A DNA stretch of 64,000 bases from Antedon mediterranea. Its lineage: Eukaryota > Animalia > Echinodermata. The position numbers were made by a program, and so were the translations under genes. Positions 27,126-39,824 of the stretch are shown here, piece by piece. Numbering within the stretch: the first letter of the stretch is position 1; each line of letters opens with the position of its first letter. Below the pieces are notes generated by a model. It saw only the letters and a program-made list of their open reading frames with translations. It was not told the origin of the DNA and did not search any database. Location: positions 4,092,001 to 4,156,000 of the forward strand of contig NC_092680.1 of assembly GCF_964355755.1 (NCBI RefSeq), read 5' to 3'.

Positions 27126-29449
27126 TTAATTTTATTAGCGATCAGTAAGTAGGCTTTACAAAAAACAAAACTTGTAGATCTGTAGACAACATTTTATTAT
27201 TTTAACATGTTTGAGATGTTCGGCGATATACACACGTGTGTACTGACGACGTCGATGTAAACAAACAGCCAACTTACTACTTCCGTCTGAGTGTATTGCA
27301 TTTTGGGTAATGATGACGTTTTGCTCGACGACCACCCATAGATTTAACCGGTTATTTCGGAGCACAAATTGAGCAGAAACGCGGTCTTGTTATTGTTATC
27401 TATTTTTAATCTATTTAAAAATAACCGGTTAAATTGCGTTATGCAGCAGAAACAGACCCCTGGTGTCCATCTTTTTGGTATCATTCGTTCGTTCGTTTCT
27501 TCGCGCGCCATTCATTCAATTTTTGTTTTACCTATATGACCTATAATAACATCCGTTGAAACGTAGAATAGTAATTATAAAACCAATCATACAAGTACTT
27601 AAACCACAACAGTACCCGTGTATTTACGATTCGTTAATCATTAAAATAAACAGCCCATGGAAACTTGCCAATGACATGGCACACCTTTAATACCGTATTT
27701 AAACTAATTGATATATTAAAACTTCATGCTACCTTTGGTTTAAGAATTGCTACCTAAGGCATTGTTTGTAAAGTTTTATACTATATTGAATAGGCGAATG
27801 TACAAAAAATAGCTGGTACTTAAAATGCTAATTATTTTACCATCTTCGTGCGTGTAACACGCGGAGTGTAATATTCGTGATACACGCGTGGATAAATTAT
27901 ACATTTAATGTTATATCATGGATAAAAAAGTTATTTCTCCATGGTATATCATAGGTTGAAAACTGCATTGGAACAAGGCTATCAAATTTGATTGGAACAG
28001 GCCTAGGGCTAATGTGTTTATACTCGAAGTTCACTCGAAGTTATACATAATACGACAGAATATAAAAGATTTACGATCAGACCATAGAATAGGCTACGAT
28101 AAATGCTAGAAAAAGATAGAAACGGTAAATAAAAACGATAAATATACAACATTTACGATACTATGGTAGGAATAATAAGTAACGGTTGCTCTGTGGTTCT
28201 TCCTAAAATATTTTACACGTCCCCAATAGTAATACAAAGCTTTTTTTAAAAAACAGCCCGTGGTAGCAACCATGTTACAAAGAAATTCCAATGAAAGCTA
28301 ATACAATGATCCAATATATAACTTTAATCAAAGACTTTTGACACTTTACGCCATAAATCGACGCATCCGACGCTTAGGAAAACACCGAAATGTAAACACG
28401 ACTTAATTGTCAACTGTTAAGTATTGAAAAGGAGTCGGATAAAGTAACCCAGGTAACAAAATATATTACATGAATGAAACCCCACCACCAGTGTTATTGG
28501 ATTGTAAACAAAGAACGTTCGATTAAATGACAATAGATAAAGAAAATATCTGATTATTGTTAAAATCTGTGGAAGATTATAGGTAAGCGTGCCTGTATTC
28601 AGGTATGTTTACAGGTATTGACATAAAGCAGGGAACACCTGTCGAGTTGATGACACACTTATATACGATTGTATAATACACATTCAATCAATCGATTATT
28701 GTGTGTACTTGTAAGCATTTTTTGTTACTTTCTATATATAGACCCCCGCAATCTGGACAAAGGAAGAAGTGAAGGTTTCAACAAAATGAACGAAGTATAA
28801 CGCATTTACTCATACATTTTGGCTTTAATGGGAACCGTAGAGTGCAATTATATTTCGACAGAGGACTGGTGAAGCAACGAGCGAGCAAGCATCGTGAAAT
28901 AAACATTACTAAAATGTCATGAACAAAATAGGCAATATAAATGTTAAATGCCGTACCATACTTTTTAATAAAATATTACTTTACCAGGCTACTTTACTAT
29001 TGTGTCATACTTACCCCATGGAGGTGTTTTTACTGGGACGAGTGTTATAGTGTTCAATTTTATAGTTACATGTAAAAGATTAAGCCTATGGTTAATTTTT
29101 GTGATATATAGGCCTAATACTATAATTCGAAAATATACGGAGAGGGAGGGGGTTCTGTGTCACTCCACCACAACTAAATTAAAACTTCAATTCAGTTGAC
29201 CATTAAATCAAACTTTTTTTAATCGGTAAACCTGTATGTATCGTACATTAACCGATTTAATAGAGATTTACACTATAGTTTTCTTGTTTTTTTTTGTACG
29301 AATGGCATTACAGTACTTTCTATCCAATTATAGACATATTTTTTTTTATCTGTCAACGATTGTAACCTTTATATGAATTTTATATAATCATTGTAAATTT
29401 ATAAGCCTTTAATATATATTATGTCATTTGAATATTTAATATTTTATGT

Positions 29450-29556
29450 GTTGTACTGTATGTATGTTTTATCGAAGGCCCTGAAGGATCAGTTCTATTT
29501 GGAACTGGATAGGCTACCCTCAGTAAAGATGGTAATAAATAAATAAATAAATAAAT
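29450..29556 (+). mobile_element. LINE/SINE 3'-end fragment with (TAAA)n tail
   Basis: GGCCCTGAAGGATCAG...CTGGAT...ACCCTCA then (AATA)n. Similar ends at ~23070-23130 and ~31530-31610. Confidence 0.55.
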
Positions 29557-30561
29557 AGAGGGCGCAAACACGATAATTTCATTCTTCACACATACATCTC
29601 GAATGCTTACATATTCAAAACTGTATACAAATGGACCCAACTACTATTATGCATAATAATCTTGTTTACGGTATTTTTCATACCTTGGTTGTAAACGATC
29701 TCGTTAAGCAACTATTTATTTGTATTATCTGTATTGTTGATATGGTTTCGAATTAACAAATGAATTGAAGTGAATTGAATCCGATAAATAGGATGATACT
29801 CACTGAAGGAAGAGAACTGTATTTTTTTTTTTTACAGAATGAAGGTTTATTTGTTTTTTTTTTTTGTGGGCGGGGGGGGGGGGGGTGTGTTACTTATTTA
29901 TTGAGAATCCCTGGATACTCTTCGTTGTTTGTTTTCTATTTCTGAATGCACCCCTTATTAGGACACGTCAGTATAATATGTAAATCTCACTATATTTGTC
30001 AAAGATAATTCTTGTTACGCTATGACATGCGTAGGTGGCACGGGAATGTTTTGTTTATATTTAATTTATACACGTGTGTTGCAATAATAATACCATTGTA
30101 CTGTTGATCAATAGATTGTACTAATATTAATGCCACACAATATAATTATAATCTTTTCATTATTCTCATCATCAGTGACGGATTTATGATTTAGAAATAT
30201 GGAGTAGAGTGAGAGTGGAAAAAAGAGGGAGTGGAAAAGAGGGAGTGACAAAGAGGGAGTGAAAAAGGGGGAGTGGAAAAGAGGGGGTGAGGAGGTGGTT
30301 TATGGGAATGAAACGGGAACAAAATTATAAAACGAAGTGCAATAACATAATGTTCTATCTTTTGTATTTTTGACGAAATTGTCGAACATAAGGGTGTGCT
30401 TTCTGTGTGCCCCATTCCCTCCAGCCTCTTCTTTAAATCTTTGGTACTTGTAGATAAAAACTCGTGGTCAGGTTAGAGAGAATTAGGCCTACATTCTTCA
30501 CGAATAAGTAAGACAACTATCGGCACCACGTCATCATAATCGCGCTACATATCATCACTAC

Positions 30562-30670
30562 CGACATCGCCAACCCGTCACCTTCGTCGCCAACCCGTCA
30601 CCATCGTCGCCAACCCGTCACCTCCGTCGCTAACCCGTCACGTTCGTCGCCAACCCATCACATTCGTCGT
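30562..30670. repeat. 20-bp minisatellite (CGTCGCCAACCCGTCAC...)
   Basis: About five head-to-tail units. Confidence 0.9.
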
Positions 30671-31374
30671 CAAAAATCGTTGTCACCATCATTGACGTCA
30701 CAATCTCATGATATTATTCATTTTAACTTCGAATCACGTTCAATCATATCTTATTCATGCGTGGAAACGCTTGACTAAATATCGTCCAGACTAATATAAC
30801 GACACGATGCCTAATTACACTAATTATCATATCGATGTAAGATTTTTAACACTGTGACTCAAAAAAAGACGCGGTGATTTCGGCGTTTTCAAACTATTCA
30901 TTTCCTTCCTCTTCATCAACTCTGTACAAATGACCGAAATAACCCGTAAAAAAACACATGATTATAAATGTATTTTTACATCAAAAAATGATTAACTACA
31001 TTAGTGACGTCATACCACATGTGTGTTGTACACGACCGGAGACAACCCCACGGGAACCGAAAGCCCATCTGTCGACAGACATACTTTCAAATGTTGTAGA
31101 CCTATTAATATGTTAATAATAATGTATGAACTTTCAATGAGCCATAAATAGGCCTACAATCCCAGCATTTAGTGACTTTAAGTGGGAGAAATAAAAATGT
31201 ATTGGCTTTTTACTTTGTAATTTAGGGAGTTTTGACTGAATATTAGTAAAAAGATACATTTTTTGGCACATATGGCGATTCATACGTATACTACTTGAGC
31301 TTATATTTCAGACAAACATAATAAATATGTAACTACAGACTTTGGGGAATTCTATAGCTACACAATAACTACCA

Positions 31375-31610
31375 TGCTTGGCTACCACTCCAAGGGTCCT
31401 GGGTTCAAGTCCCGTCACATGTCAGGATTTTTTTTAAGGACAAAATTACAACTCCACTACCACAGACTTGTAATAAGACTTTGTTTATGTAGAGCATCTT
31501 GTGTATATGTTTGTCTTGTGAACCTCTGAGGGTCCCTAATGATCAGAAATTGCTGGATGTATCACCCTCATTAAATATGGTAAAAAAAAAAAATAATAAT
31601 AATAAATAAA
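31375..31610 (+). mobile_element. 5'-truncated tRNA-derived SINE with LINE-like 3' tail
   Basis: B-box GGGTTCAAGTCCC near 31400; tail TAATGATCAG...GCTGGAT...ATCACCCTCA shared with ~23070 and ~29480; A-rich end. Confidence 0.6.
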
Positions 31611-34188
31611 TGATATTGTAATAACGCCGTCTATTATTATACAGATGTCGACAAAACGACATTTTATTACATGCATTCGATACGTACTTGTGTATACATA
31701 ATACTCGCAAACAGTGTTTGATAAATGTACTGTTGTCATAAACAGAGACAGTGGAGGTCTAGGACGCGCCAAATAGTGACCGACTTCACATAAAATATAG
31801 ATATTCATAATCACTATCAACATTAAATTATCATTTGTCTTAAAAATGATTTATTATTTTCCCGAGTGCACTCACAAGACATTCGTGTTGCAGTTTAAAT
31901 TAATTTGTCGTTTTGCCACGATGATGTATTTCATTAGTAATTCCAAGGCATAAAGCTCTGCCTACACTATCAAACTAGTTTGACAAAAAAAAGTGTGATG
32001 TGCCCAAATATGGTAGTAATATGACCAAATATGGTAGTGATATGACATCATCATGTCCAAATATGGGCACATTTCACATAAAGACAAGGAGGATAGATTT
32101 GAGTAATTTTAAAATATTTATCAATATTATTTTGAGCAAACCGAAGATAATGATGTTTGTGATTCTGATTTTGGTAGTGACGTTTGTGATGGTAAACTAA
32201 TGTTTATTTTTGTTATACCTCTAATAATTCCCTAACCTCGTATATATATCGTAAACGGAATTTTGAATTGGATGAAGAGGGAGTGTGTAATTCTTTCACA
32301 ATGTTTTATCTGGGAATATTCCGAAAAATTAAACTGGTTATAATATAACATACTTGGAGAGCACAACTCTCAATGATTCACGGAGTCTTTTTTAAAATAA
32401 TATGGCTGGATCATTTTATTACTAACTAAATTAAATATAAATATTATTCTTTTATATAACCCTTTTTTGTAAAAGGGATATGTTTTTTGTTTGTCTGTTT
32501 CTCTACAAATACATACTGTACATTTAGAATGAAAAAAAAAACAAAACAAAAGTGTACAGAAAGAGATCAAACTAAGTTTGGAGGCAAACTTCGAATTATC
32601 TGTGACTGGATACTTTTTAACTGAATTAAATATAATTATTATTGGTTTAAATTACCTTTTTTTTGTAAAAGGATTTGTTTGTTTTTATTGTTTCTCTGCT
32701 ACATTTACAAAAAAAAGTGACACTAGTAAAAAAAAAGTGCGCACTTAAAAACACAAAATTAAAAGAAAGAAAAAAAGTAACACATTGAAGGTGTAGTAGC
32801 CTAATATACAGTACGACATTAAATACTGCAGTATTAAACAATGCCATTCGAATAAACGATTTTCGCAATCGTAACACGTACTGAAATGTATATCAATTAT
32901 TAACATTATCCAATTTAAAAGAAAATTCTAATTTCGTATACATTTCCAGTAATTAAAAAAGACACATGTTAACTGCAACATGCTACGCTAACATTGGCAG
33001 ATGATCATAACCACACGAATGTTACATTGGACCTATATTATAATTATTTCATTTTCCTTGAACTGGATATTGTACACGATCTTGAAGACAATGAACTCGT
33101 CCCAGGGCGATAAAGCTCATAATATACTTCATATTATGAGCATTCGTTAAACATAAGCATCAGAAAACTGACGCGAGTATGTGCACTTTCAAGTTTCAGC
33201 GAAGGATCACATGTTTGTATTTGTAATATTTCATATAACAAAACAAAAACACTGGAGAAAAAACTAAAAAAATCTCAACCCCCTCAACAAAAACAAAAAA
33301 CACATATATGAAAAAAAACCCAAAAATATGAGAGGATAACGATTTTAAGGGGTCCTTTTCATATTTTCATACCTCATGTCATACCGTACTTTAATTTAAA
33401 GATATTTGTTTTCTTGTAATCAAAATATACTGTATATTCAATTCAACTTTATGGTTGCTGAGGATTTTGATTTGTTTTTGAAATTTTGAAACAAAAAATA
33501 CATTACTTATCTGTTATAATATATCTGTTATTTTAATTGTCAATTTTTTGGTTAAATCTTTCTCTCTCAGCAAAAGAATTATCCCTTGTCAAACCTAACC
33601 CTAGTGTCTAATTATCCCCTATCCATATAAGGGTTTGTGAGCGGTGTTATTTTATAATCACGGCTTAAACATTTAGCTCTTAAAATCACAATTACCCTAT
33701 TATTGAAATGCTATACGTCTAAGCTTTTAAACAATAGCATACGCAATTAGTTCTTATTATTAATTGATTTTTTATACAGAGGTACGCGTTGTTCTCAATA
33801 GACGACGTCTAAGATAATAATAATTTATTCATTTATTCATTAAATTATCAAGCTTATTAAACATAAAGTGGTCACAGATGGTCAATACTGACCATGACCA
33901 TTGGTGCATTTCATATTTATTTCGAAAATGCATGAAAATTGAGTAGGCCGACTGTGGTAATTCATTTACAGCGTGTCTAATCACGTTTTAACTATATATT
34001 TTAATTGTTAAATATGCTTACGTTTTACCTGATGCTGTTCTTACCATACCGTCTTATTACCGCCACAATACACACCAAATTATGGCTTGGTTTCTATGTG
34101 AATAAAGCGGGTTTAAGTTGATACTTATTTGTATATCTGGATATAAGTATAACAGAAAAGAAAACAAAAATGTCTTTGTGTTGCGTAA

Positions 34189-34480
34189 AGCGTGATTCCC
34201 ACTAGAACGTAACGCAAGGACGTAAACGCAACGCAAGCGTTTTAACCAATGACAAGTTATAGACTGTTAGCAATCACAAGCGAATAAGCCATCGCTTGTG
34301 ATTGGTCAATTCACTTGCGTTGCGTTACGTCCTTGCGTTATGTCGCCAGTGGGAACCACGCTTAACTAGTGGGAACCAATCATTACGCTGCGCTTACGTC
34401 CTTGCGTTGCGTCTCTAGTGGGTATCAATAATTACGCTGCGCTTATGTTCTTGCGTTGCGTCCTTATGTAAACCAAGCTC
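34189..34480. mobile_element. MITE family A copy (34189-34362, TAA TSD) plus tandem copies of its terminus
   Basis: Reverse copy of 14827-15000, followed by ~49-bp repeats CTAGTGGG...TTACGCTGCGCTTA.GT.CTTGCGTTGCGTC. Confidence 0.85.
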
Positions 34481-35114
34481 CACAATCTGAATTATTACAT
34501 CACTGACAGAAAAATATTGCGTAATAAATTGATTGATTGATTTATTATCAAACCCCAGTATTTGTGTTGTTAAATACAATACTGTTCCCGATGTACTGTA
34601 TCACTGGAAAAGATATAATTATTGGCTAATATTTATTTAATGTTTGAATGCTGGCCATGTGTAGCCATTCACTAAGGAAAGAAACAAAATGCGGTTGTGA
34701 AATATTAATCTGCAAACAGTACTACAGTATTTATTTAGTTCATTCAGAACGATAACGAGACAGTTTAGCTTCCATTAACCAATTATCATAAGCCTTTAGA
34801 GCGGTACTATCTTCTAACTAATGACAATTGTGCAATTACTGATCGACGTTGTTAATACAATCCAGCAAATCCAGATGTACTTTAGAGAAGTTATAGGATC
34901 AAATATAACAACATCATCAGTTATTTATTTTCACTTATAAATAACCATGAATCATCATTATTATTTATCATATAATATAATCATCGTCAACTGTTCACTT
35001 CATCGCTTATCATTCTTATTATCGGCGTCACCCCGTCAAATCAAATACTATATCAGTTTTTTGTTGTTTTTAATTAATGTTTTTGCTTATACGTTTATAA
35101 TCTAAGCACCTCGC

Positions 35115-35600
35115 AAAGCTAAACATGTATCAGGCTAAACGTGTGAAAAAATGAGTACGCGTTTAGAATATAAACATCTGGCAAACTATAACATGTAAAG
35201 CTAAACTTGAAAAGTGGAGACAAGCTATACGTTTAGAATATAAACATCTGACAAAGCTAAACGTTTATCAAGCTAAACGTGTGTAAAAAGTGTACTCAAG
35301 CTATGTGTTTAGAATATAAACACCTGACAAAGCTAAACGTGTATCAAGCTATATACGTGTGTAAAAAGTGGACACAAGCTATACGTTTAGAATATAAACA
35401 CCTGACAAAGCTAAACATGTATCAAGCTAAACGTGTGTAAAAAGTGGACACAAGCTATGTGTTTAGAATATAAACACCTAGCAAAGCTAAATATGTGAAG
35501 CTAAAAAAAAGCAGAAACAAGCTACGTTTCGAATATAAACATCTTGTCACACTAAACATGTATGAAGATAAGCGTGTGGGAAAAGCGGGTACAAACTATA
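35115..35600. repeat. ~66-bp tandem repeat, about 7 units
   Basis: Unit AAGCTATACGTTTAGAATATAAACAYCTGACAAAGCTAAACGTGTATCAAGCTAAACGTGTGTAAAAAGTGGACAC, with internal AAGCTA sub-repeats. Confidence 0.9.
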
Positions 35601-36869
35601 CAATATTTGTACAGTATAGTGGTTTTCAAACAAAGAAAAAGCATCAGTCACAATACAATATATTACATGATGGTATTCAGTCCACAGCCAATACCACGAT
35701 ATTAATAATGTTATTTGCACACATACAGTACACATACATTTCAAATCTCGAGTCTAAACCTTTTCTGACCTCCACGTTTATGAATAATAAATATTTATCA
35801 TATTATATATGTTTAATATGTAGACTATAAATCATTTCACAAATTATCAAACATTTATTAGCAGTTAGTGAAAGCATTAACAAGGTCAGTCAAGGGTAAC
35901 GCATTATGCATAATGCGTTAACATTGTGTTTATTCCTAATGTGGCGACGCGATGGTGTTGCTATTGTGGCGCCTTCTTAGCGAGTGCGCTGTTAATAATG
36001 TTTTGCTGCGATTGTCGGTAAATTTGATTTTTTTCCAAAGAATTTATCGCAATTCACATATTTATAAAGATGAATTTTTGAATAGATATTGATAAATCAA
36101 CGAAATATAATTTTAAATGATTAAAAATGTATTACACACATAGTTATCCACCTTCACCAACAATTTTATGTAAAAATGATGTACCTGAAAAAACAGTAAT
36201 TTAAAACTAAAAATAGTCAAATTGGCTGCCAGCTAATGAGTTTGTGGTTGAATTTGACCATTTAGTTTGTCATTTTATATGAGAAAAAATTGTTTGTTTT
36301 AATTTTGTTTACGGACGGGATTAACTGTATTAAACCTACAAAATAACATAGTCAAAGTCCGATTTTTAATTAATCTTCATTGTTCATGTTTTTGTGGGAC
36401 AATATATCTTTAAGAATAATGATTAATATCAGAGAAAAATTGATCAACTGTTAATAAAAGGAACGTTAAAACAAATTTACGACAATTTTAGTTAGGGATA
36501 GTTTTTCGGTAATAAAAATTTAAAAGGGTTACAGTAGTGATGAGAACATTGTCTGTCTGATAACCACTTCCTTCCTGATACGTGTGCTTATCACATTCAA
36601 TTAACATTTTGTCAGATTTCCTTCACTCGCACCTCTAAATTGATAGCCTACACAACTTACGGTCATTTTCTAAAGAACATTTGAACAAATACTAACAAGC
36701 AGAGCCTCACAAAGATTTATGAACACACAATGAGGAGTTCTCAAAGCAAATTGTAAAAGGGGGGAGTTAAGGGTTGATTACCAACTCTCGGTCAAAACCT
36801 ATACACAGTGTATGCCAAACCATTATTTTGTATCTCAACTATTCTCATCAACGCAACAACTTTGAGTAA

Positions 36870-37070
36870 AGCCTTGACTATCAAACGTTATGCGACACAA
36901 AATGTGATGTGCCCATATATGGACATGATGATACCATATCACTACCATATTTGGGAATATCACTACCATATTTTGGAATATCACTACCATATTTGGGAAT
37001 ATCACTACCATATTTGGGCACATCACACATTTTTTTGCGCCAAACGAGTTTGATAGTGTAGACAGACCTT
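36870..37070. mobile_element. MITE family C copy with expanded 21-bp internal repeat
   Basis: TATCACTACCATATTTGGGAA repeated four times inside the family C TIRs. Confidence 0.8.
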
Positions 37071-37749
37071 TGGGGGAGAGTTTTGATAAACAACTCTCGG
37101 TCAAGATGTAATACACGGTACAAGCAGAGAGTTATTTTTGTATCAAAACTAATTATCATCAACACATCAATATTCAACTGTCTGAACGAAGTTAGGCAGA
37201 CAATAAATCTTACTGGTAATTTTTTAAATGCCATACAAAAAAATAAATAAAACTCGTTTAGAACTAAATAATCACAAGAAACTATCTTAATAATCTTCTT
37301 AATTTCAACGAAACCTTTGTTGTCACAATTGTCATCAAAGATATTAACCAGTTATTAGTTATATTTCAGTAGTAAGCCCATGGGATATATCACTATAGAC
37401 AAAGGAACTCGGGATTGTTCAACGAGAGAGTGAACGTTTGATATGAAGAGTACTTGTTATGACTCATAATTATTGATCATAGGTGAGCTCATTAGCTCGG
37501 ATAATATACATCTATAATGACAGACTCTCATTCGCTGCAAAAGTTGACAATCTTTGTTTGGTTCGTCACCTGTGTGTAATGTTTATTATTTCTATTTCGC
37601 ATTAGGTATAATGTCAGGATTTCTTTATATCAAGATTCTGAGTTCGAGTCTTAGTTTTAATAATCGTGATGTATTAGCGAAACAATGACCATGATGACGT
37701 CAACTGATACATTTTGACAATGATAGCAATTGAAAAATAAAAAAAAACC

Positions 37750-38037
37750 TAAAGATGTATTGTCCTCCTGAAAAATAATTTGTAAATTTTTTGTTGTTGA
37801 ATATGCTATTTTAATGTCACATATTGATCTACTTTGACCAAATATTGGATTTAAACAAAAGTTATTTAGGCCTACCTACAAAACTGTAATTTTAGACACA
37901 CGATTATAGGAGGCACCACTATTTAAGATGTATTGTCCCCCTGAAAAAATAATTATTGACAATTTTTTTTTTATAAATATGCCATTTTAATATCACATAA
38001 TAGTTATCCACTTTAACCAAAAACAATACATCTTTAA
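37750..38037. mobile_element. Kolobok-like MITE fragments (two adjacent starts)
   Basis: AAGATGTATTGTCC at ~37752 and ~37925; ACAATACATCTTTAA end at ~38037. Further copies at ~36140-36413 and ~39897-40175. Confidence 0.7.
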
Positions 38038-39481
38038 GTTGACGCTTTATTAATGTTGGTTTCTAATGTTGGCTCCTCAATAGGGGCTACTGTATCTTTA
38101 GTTTGTTTACTAATTTAACTGCTAATATGTTGTTTAATTCTTTAAATCAAAACAAATAAAATAAATTCATTTTTTTAAATACCTTTCGGAAGCTGTTTTC
38201 ATAATGCATTTAAAAAAAAACTAAAATTGACAACACAAAACAATACAATATAAACAGTACAATCACCAGTCCAATACAACACAAACAAAACGGTAAGTTC
38301 ATACTGATGTATGCCGAGTTCAGTAGGAGTTCACAATTCGCTAATTTATGATAATATTTACTTCGATATTGATACCGTAACCTAAGGTATACATTTACAA
38401 TAATTATAAAGATGAATTTCGATGACTGATTAATTCTGGAAATCATTTACTGAATTTAAAGTACAGTTATTCATAAATCGTGCAATAAATCTCGTAGCTA
38501 TTACCATTGTTGTATATTTCAGTGAAACGAAGGTCGAGAGTTATATTATATTATTATTTGGCGGACTTGGCTTGCCATACGAGAGTTATGTTATATTATT
38601 TTTTTATTCAGATCGATTTGCGGTTTGTATATTATATTCTTTATAACGTGCTTATTAAAAGCCAGTATTAATATACAGTGTTAATGGTTTATCTAAAGCT
38701 AATGTTTTATTCGTTGATTAAACAAAGAGAATTGGAATGCATTTTAGAATTCGATGAAATATCATAATTTGTATTGATACAAAAGTGATAATATTATCAA
38801 ACTTAATCTCAAAACATTTTAGTTTATCTATTAAAAAATCATCTTTATTTTGCTTATGATTATTATTGTTTATACATATTTTTTAGAAGTGAATATATTA
38901 CTGAAATAAATGTGAATTTATGTAAATTACATCAGATAATTTAAATTAAACGCATTGTGACGTCAGGGTAACGCATTATGACGCCATGTAACGCATTGTG
39001 ACGTTAGGTAACGGATGTTGTCGAAAATCACTATTATAGGCCTTGTATTATAAAGAATAGGAAAACTATTATTAGAAACGCATACAGTTACAATTAACAC
39101 ATTTAATTTTCGATTATTGTTTGTTTGTAATTAGACACTGGCAACAACATAAGCACCGCGTGTGTGAGAATATATCTGCTTTCACCAACTGTATTCTCAG
39201 ACATGATGGATTTGTTGTAACTGGAGAAAATCAAGCGATACATTTTGATTCTTTTTCTGACCATATTATCAAAAAACCAACACTGAACAACGCCAAGCAG
39301 CATCGTATTCTGCGTCTGTCTATACACACGGTGATAACACAATTGATGCTCTAATTTCAATTCACGTTATCAGATATTGATATAGAGACTATCTAAGTTA
39401 ATATTTTAAATAAACAAATAACATTAGTTATTAAGTGAATTTGTCAACTTTTTAAAATATTACAGGCTTATTACTATATAC

Positions 39482-39824
39482 AGTGGAGCACTGTGGCGCA
39501 GTGGTTGGCGCAGTGGTTAGAGCATTGGACTTGCAATCAAGAAGTTGTCGGTTCAAGCCCCGGCTCGGTCACTGTAGTGTTGAGTCCTTGAGCAAGATTC
39601 TTTATCCACATTGTTCCTCCCCACCCAGGTGATAGAAATGGGTACCGGTATGTAAAAAGTACTGGGAAGGTAAATCAGACTCGTTTGTGCGGGAGGAGTG
39701 GCGTACCCCCCCCCCCCCCCCCCCCACAAACATACACACTTAGTGGAGTCTGGCCCAAACGCTAAGGAAATGGAGATGGGCACCACGGCCGTTAGCATTA
39801 GCTTAGGTTTCGACTTTACCTTTT
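39482..39824 (+). mobile_element. Full-length tRNA-derived SINE
   Basis: Duplicated A-box TGGCGCAGTGG, B-box GGTTCAAGCC, core GTCCTTGAGCAAG...CCACCCAGG...AAATGGGTACCGG, CTTTACCTTTT tail, and 11-bp TSD TTACTATATAC at 39471-39481 and 39825-39835. Confidence 0.88.

Larger units (their letters stand above)
25038..27459 (+). mobile_element. Non-autonomous Harbinger DNA transposon (~2.4 kb) with decayed Myb/SANT ORF
   Basis: 20-bp TIRs GGGCCTGTTTCTGCTGCATA / TATGCAGCAGAAACAGACCC (one mismatch), CTG TSD at 25035-25037 and 27460-27462, and repeated subterminal TAACCGGTTA palindromes. Confidence 0.88.

Noticed and set aside
28330-28900. Possible exons (donor at ~28582, acceptor at ~28741); similar signals at 4960-5225 and 47570-47850
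   Set aside because: Stops in all plausible frames and no recognisable protein.
35115-35600. CRISPR-like periodic repeat (also 30562-30670)
   Set aside because: Units are head-to-tail without unique spacers, there are no cas genes, and the context is eukaryotic.
36808-37234. Repetitive ORFs (PKYGSDI)n
   Set aside because: Translation of the 21-bp internal repeat of MITE family C; the same applies to 32000..32200.
39485-39570. tRNA gene (Ala-like, TGC loop)
   Set aside because: The acceptor stem does not close, the A-box is duplicated, and it continues into a SINE body with TSDs.
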